Positions 61,079 to 64,000 of a stretch of DNA of 64,000 nt are shown piece after piece; within the stretch, counting starts at the first letter, position 1; each line of letters starts with the position of its first letter. A program made the position numbers and the translations under genes. The stretch comes from Candidatus Iainarchaeum sp. Its GTDB lineage: Archaea; Iainarchaeota; Iainarchaeia; Iainarchaeales; JAXPJC01. The stretch covers positions 55,977 through 119,976 of the forward strand of contig JACPJC010000001.1 in assembly GCA_016187745.1 (NCBI GenBank), read 5' to 3'. Under the pieces are notes generated by a model, which worked only from the letters and a program-made list of their open reading frames with translations, was not told the origin of the DNA and did no database searches.

Positions 61079-61879
61079 ATGGCAATGCCGAAAGTACTAG
61101 TGCTTACTGGCTATGGAATCAATTGCGACGAGGAAACCAAATTTGCATTTGAAAAGGCAGGCGCAGCTGCAGAACTGGTCCATATTAATGATCTGATAGA
61201 CAAGCGCAAGAAACTAGGCAACTACCGAATTCTTGCATTCCCAGGGGGGTTTTCCTACGGCGATGACACTGGCGCGGGAAATGCCCTTGCAAACAGGATC
61301 AGGAACCATCTATGGGATGAGCTTGAAAAATTTGTTGAAGCCGACAATCTTGCAATAGGCATATGCAATGGCTTTCAGGTTATGGCTAATCTTGGCTTGC
61401 TGCCTGCGCTTGACGGAAGTTATGGAGGCAGGCAGATGGCATTAGTGCACAATGATTCGGCGCGCTATCTTGACAGGTGGGTTGACCTGAAATTCAAGGG
61501 CAAAAGCCCCTGGGTTAAGGGCATTGAAAAAATTAGCCTGCCGATTGCGCATGGCGAAGGCAAATTCTATGCCGATTCAGAGATATTGGGCAGAATAATT
61601 GATAAGGGGCTTGTTGCAGCGCAATATGTTGGGGGCGAAATATGCTCTTATCAATCCCTGCCTGCAAATCCGAACGGCTCTTTGCACGACATTGCGGGAA
61701 TTACTGACGAGTCTGGAAGAATATTCGGACTTATGCCGCATCCCGAAAGGGCAATGGAGTTTACTCAACTTCCAAATTGGCCACTCCTGAAAGAGAAAGC
61801 CAGAAGAGAAGGCAAAGGCACTCCAAAAGAGGGCGAAGGCATAAAAATATTCAGGAATGCTGTAGGATATTTTAGATAA
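61079..61879 (+). CDS. purQ: FGAM synthase glutaminase subunit
   Basis: G.NCD.E, PGGFSYGD, GICNGFQ, AHGEG, NPNGS, MPHPER. Confidence 0.96.
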   Translation: MAMPKVLVLTGYGINCDEETKFAFEKAGAAAELVHINDLIDKRKKLGNYRILAFPGGFSYGDDTGAGNALANRIRNHLWDELEKFVEADNLAIGICNGFQVMANLGLLPALDGSYGGRQMALVHNDSARYLDRWVDLKFKGKSPWVKGIEKISLPIAHGEGKFYADSEILGRIIDKGLVAAQYVGGEICSYQSLPANPNGSLHDIAGITDESGRIFGLMPHPERAMEFTQLPNWPLLKEKARREGKGTPKEGEGIKIFRNAVGYFR

Positions 61880-61918
61880 GGCAGAATTTAACAGGCTTTG
61901 TTGAAAATCCCCTTTTCT

Positions 61919-62035
61919 CACACCTTTGTGTGTTCATTGTTTCACCATGCAAGTCCACTAAAACTTTGGGCAATGAATCAATTACCCTTTATTTTCTTAG
62001 CCCAAAGTTTTACGCCTTTAGGCGCGGTAATTCGC
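61919..62035. repeat. cluster of inverted repeats between convergent genes
   Basis: CACAC/GTGTG (61919-61932), TAAAACTTTGGGC/GCCCAAAGTTTTA (61959-62012), CGCC/GGCG (62013-62024). Confidence 0.6.
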
Positions 62036-62058
62036 TTTAATAAATGGTAAACAATCAG

Positions 62059-62337
62059 CTATTTTTTTCGCTTCCGTGGTTTCTCTCTAAGAGTATCTTT
62101 GATAGTATCACTGGATTTAAAAACAGGCCTTAATGGCTTTTCATTCTCAAGTTGTAAAAGTGAATTGTAAACTGCTCCATTCTCTGCAATTTGTGCCACC
62201 TTAATTAATGCTTCTTTCCCGGAAAAACCCAGCTTGTTCCGGTATAACTTAAAAAGCCGTGCGCATTGCCTGTCTCTTTTAACCAAGCCACTGCCTGCTT
62301 TCAATGATTCGTTTCTTACTCTTTTTACATCCGCCAT
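62059..62337 (-). CDS. small basic orphan, paralog of 62426-62887 (5' end possibly frameshifted)
   Basis: RLFKLYRNKLGFSGKEALIKVAQI matches ELFRLYRQKLRLSEDEALVKVAQI. Confidence 0.65.
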   Translation of the reverse strand: MADVKRVRNESLKAGSGLVKRDRQCARLFKLYRNKLGFSGKEALIKVAQIAENGAVYNSLLQLENEKPLRPVFKSSDTIKDTLREKPRKRKK

Positions 62338-62425
62338 TGTGCCAAGATGAGAGCTTTGCCATGATCTTTCCTAATCTTAACCATGCCCATAATAACAGTA
62401 CATTTAGCATGTTTATAATAATTCC

Positions 62426-62887
62426 TTATTTGGCCCTAATTAGCAAAGGTTGTGGCCTGCGCATAAGTTTCTCCCTTAATGATTTGTTCAGTTTTTTCAT
62501 CCAGTCAGGCAGAGGTTCACTTGGCGCATAACTGTTGCCTGAAGTTACGGGGTTTAATACTTTCTCAGTTTTCAATTGCCTAAGTGCCTGCACGCTTGCC
62601 CCAGCCCCGACAATTTGCGCCACTTTAACAAGCGCCTCGTCCTCGGATAAACGCAGCTTTTGCCGATATAGCCTAAAGAGCTCATTGCATTTTTTGTCTT
62701 TATTGATATAGTTCTTGCCTGTTTTCAATAATTCTTCCCTGTTTTTTTGCAGGCGAACCATTTTAGTAAGCGCCTCATTTTTTGATAAGCCCATTTCTTG
62801 ATATAAGCTATAAAGCCGCCTATACCGCACATCATTCTTTAGCAGATCATCAAAAGTATATTTCGCCTTAGGTTTAGCCAGACTCAT
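62426..62887 (-). CDS. basic orphan with internal helical repeat
   Basis: Two copies of L(Y/F).LY...(G/L)LS..EAL.K; leaderless TATA-ATG spacing. Confidence 0.7.
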   Translation of the reverse strand: MSLAKPKAKYTFDDLLKNDVRYRRLYSLYQEMGLSKNEALTKMVRLQKNREELLKTGKNYINKDKKCNELFRLYRQKLRLSEDEALVKVAQIVGAGASVQALRQLKTEKVLNPVTSGNSYAPSEPLPDWMKKLNKSLREKLMRRPQPLLIRAK

Positions 62888-62968
62888 AATTCAATAGTGC
62901 ATTAGTATGTTTATAATTATTTCCTTGCTCAGTTCTAATGACTTGCAGTGTAGTGCGGAGTTGGGCCA

Positions 62969-63433
62969 ATGCACAAAAACCAGAAGCGCATTTCTTGGGA
63001 CGGGTATTTCATGAAGGTTGCAAGGGTGGCAAGCGAGCGAGCCACGTGCTTCAGGGAGAAGAAAGTGGGTGCGGTGCTTGTAAAAAATAAGCAGATAATT
63101 TCCACAGGATACAATGGCGCGCCAAAGGGATTGGAGGACTGCCTGGAAAGAGGATACTGCATACGCGAGCGCAAGGGCCTCAAGTCAGGGGAAAGGCTTG
63201 AATATTGCCGCGCGGTGCATGCGGAGCAGAATGCGATTGTGCAGGCGGCATACTCCGGGATTGCAACCGAGAACACAACCCTTTACACAACGCACTTCCC
63301 CTGCATAATATGCGCGAAGCAGCTGATAAATGCAGGAGTTAGGGAACTGATATATGATGCCGAGGAAATAGATGAGCTTTCAAAAGAACTGCTTGCGGAA
63401 AGCGCAGTGAAAGTGAGGAAATTCAGCAAATAG
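62969..63433 (+). CDS. dCMP deaminase (ComEB-like)
   Basis: WD.YFM, STGYNG, HAEQNA, PCIIC. Confidence 0.92.
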   Translation: MHKNQKRISWDGYFMKVARVASERATCFREKKVGAVLVKNKQIISTGYNGAPKGLEDCLERGYCIRERKGLKSGERLEYCRAVHAEQNAIVQAAYSGIATENTTLYTTHFPCIICAKQLINAGVRELIYDAEEIDELSKELLAESAVKVRKFSK

Positions 63434-63457
63434 TTAATAAATCCGAATTTACAGGCC

Positions 63458-63961
63458 TTAAGGTCTGAGAAACCTTCCCTTGCCCCGCTTTAACATCAAT
63501 CTCTCCAGCTGGCCAGGCTCTGGCGGCCTCGCAATCGGCGGGCTATAACGCCGCTTTATTGTTTTAAGGTTCGGATAGCGCCAGCAGTTTTTGTGTTTCA
63601 GTGCATATTCCTTCCCAAAAACAGGCACAGCGCCATCAAAAAGGCGCATTATGCTCAGAATTTTTTTAGTGTCATGCCTTCCATGCGACTTAAAATCCAT
63701 TTCATTTACAGAAGCCATTACAATTTTCTCCTTTGTTTTATCATAGAATTCGTATGAAAGGGCGGGATCATGCTTGCTCACCGCCCCACTATCCTTGCAG
63801 ACGGCAATCAGGTCAATGTCAGAATCAAGTTTTACCATGCCGGCAGCAACGCTTCCAACGGCAAGCACTGTCCTGAGATTATCGCCAGTGCGCTTGTACA
63901 ACTCTTTTGCAAATTTCTTTGCAACTATCATCTTGCGCTTTGAAGGGCTCATTTCAGGCAT
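63458..63961 (-). CDS. minimal nucleotidyltransferase (Pol-beta fold) domain protein
   Basis: VGSVAAG....DSDIDL motif. Confidence 0.75.
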   Translation of the reverse strand: MPEMSPSKRKMIVAKKFAKELYKRTGDNLRTVLAVGSVAAGMVKLDSDIDLIAVCKDSGAVSKHDPALSYEFYDKTKEKIVMASVNEMDFKSHGRHDTKKILSIMRLFDGAVPVFGKEYALKHKNCWRYPNLKTIKRRYSPPIARPPEPGQLERLMLKRGKGRFLRP

Positions 63962-64000
63962 ATGAAATTAATGCTTCCGCGCTTAATAAAACCAATTGCT

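Noticed and set aside
1-64000. CRISPR array, cas genes, rRNA, reverse transcriptase/DGR, integrase
   Set aside because: I saw no regularly spaced repeats or diagnostic motifs. The only RuvC protein is a typical TnpB with IS ends, not a Cas12.

Overview
A gene-dense 64 kb chromosomal segment of an archaeon. TATA-box/leaderless promoters, an archaeal-type tRNA-Pro, Lhr, TrmB, Lrp and HTH-CBS regulators, plus many bacterial-type enzymes and orphans, suggest a DPANN lineage, plausibly Diapherotrites/Iainarchaeota; this taxonomy is inference. Contents: two Ig-like surface proteins, bacterial-type metK, sufS, an apparently complete TnpB-only IS200/IS605 element with both end hairpins, pyrG, DEAD and Lhr helicases, GTP-PEPCK, prs, a NitT/TauT-type ABC transporter with TrmB and vapBC, enolase, and a ~15.5 kb de novo purine/C1-folate cluster (guaB-purF-purD-5FCL / glyA-folD-purN / purC-purE-purB-purM-purL-purQ). 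The most unusual signals are: (1) a strong D-x-N motif enrichment in the 1304-aa surface protein, a candidate non-canonical modification sequon; (2) an internal TM anchor plus second signal peptide in that same ORF, a possible signal-peptidase-processed polyprotein; (3) an HTH-CBS regulator divergent from metK; (4) an NMP-kinase/PP-loop amidotransferase fusion; (5) a class II (PAICS-like) PurE directly after purC; (6) scattered orphans with basic, Pro-rich termini, including a His-substituted kinase. No CRISPR array, rRNA or integrase was seen. All calls come from motif reading; no searches were run.
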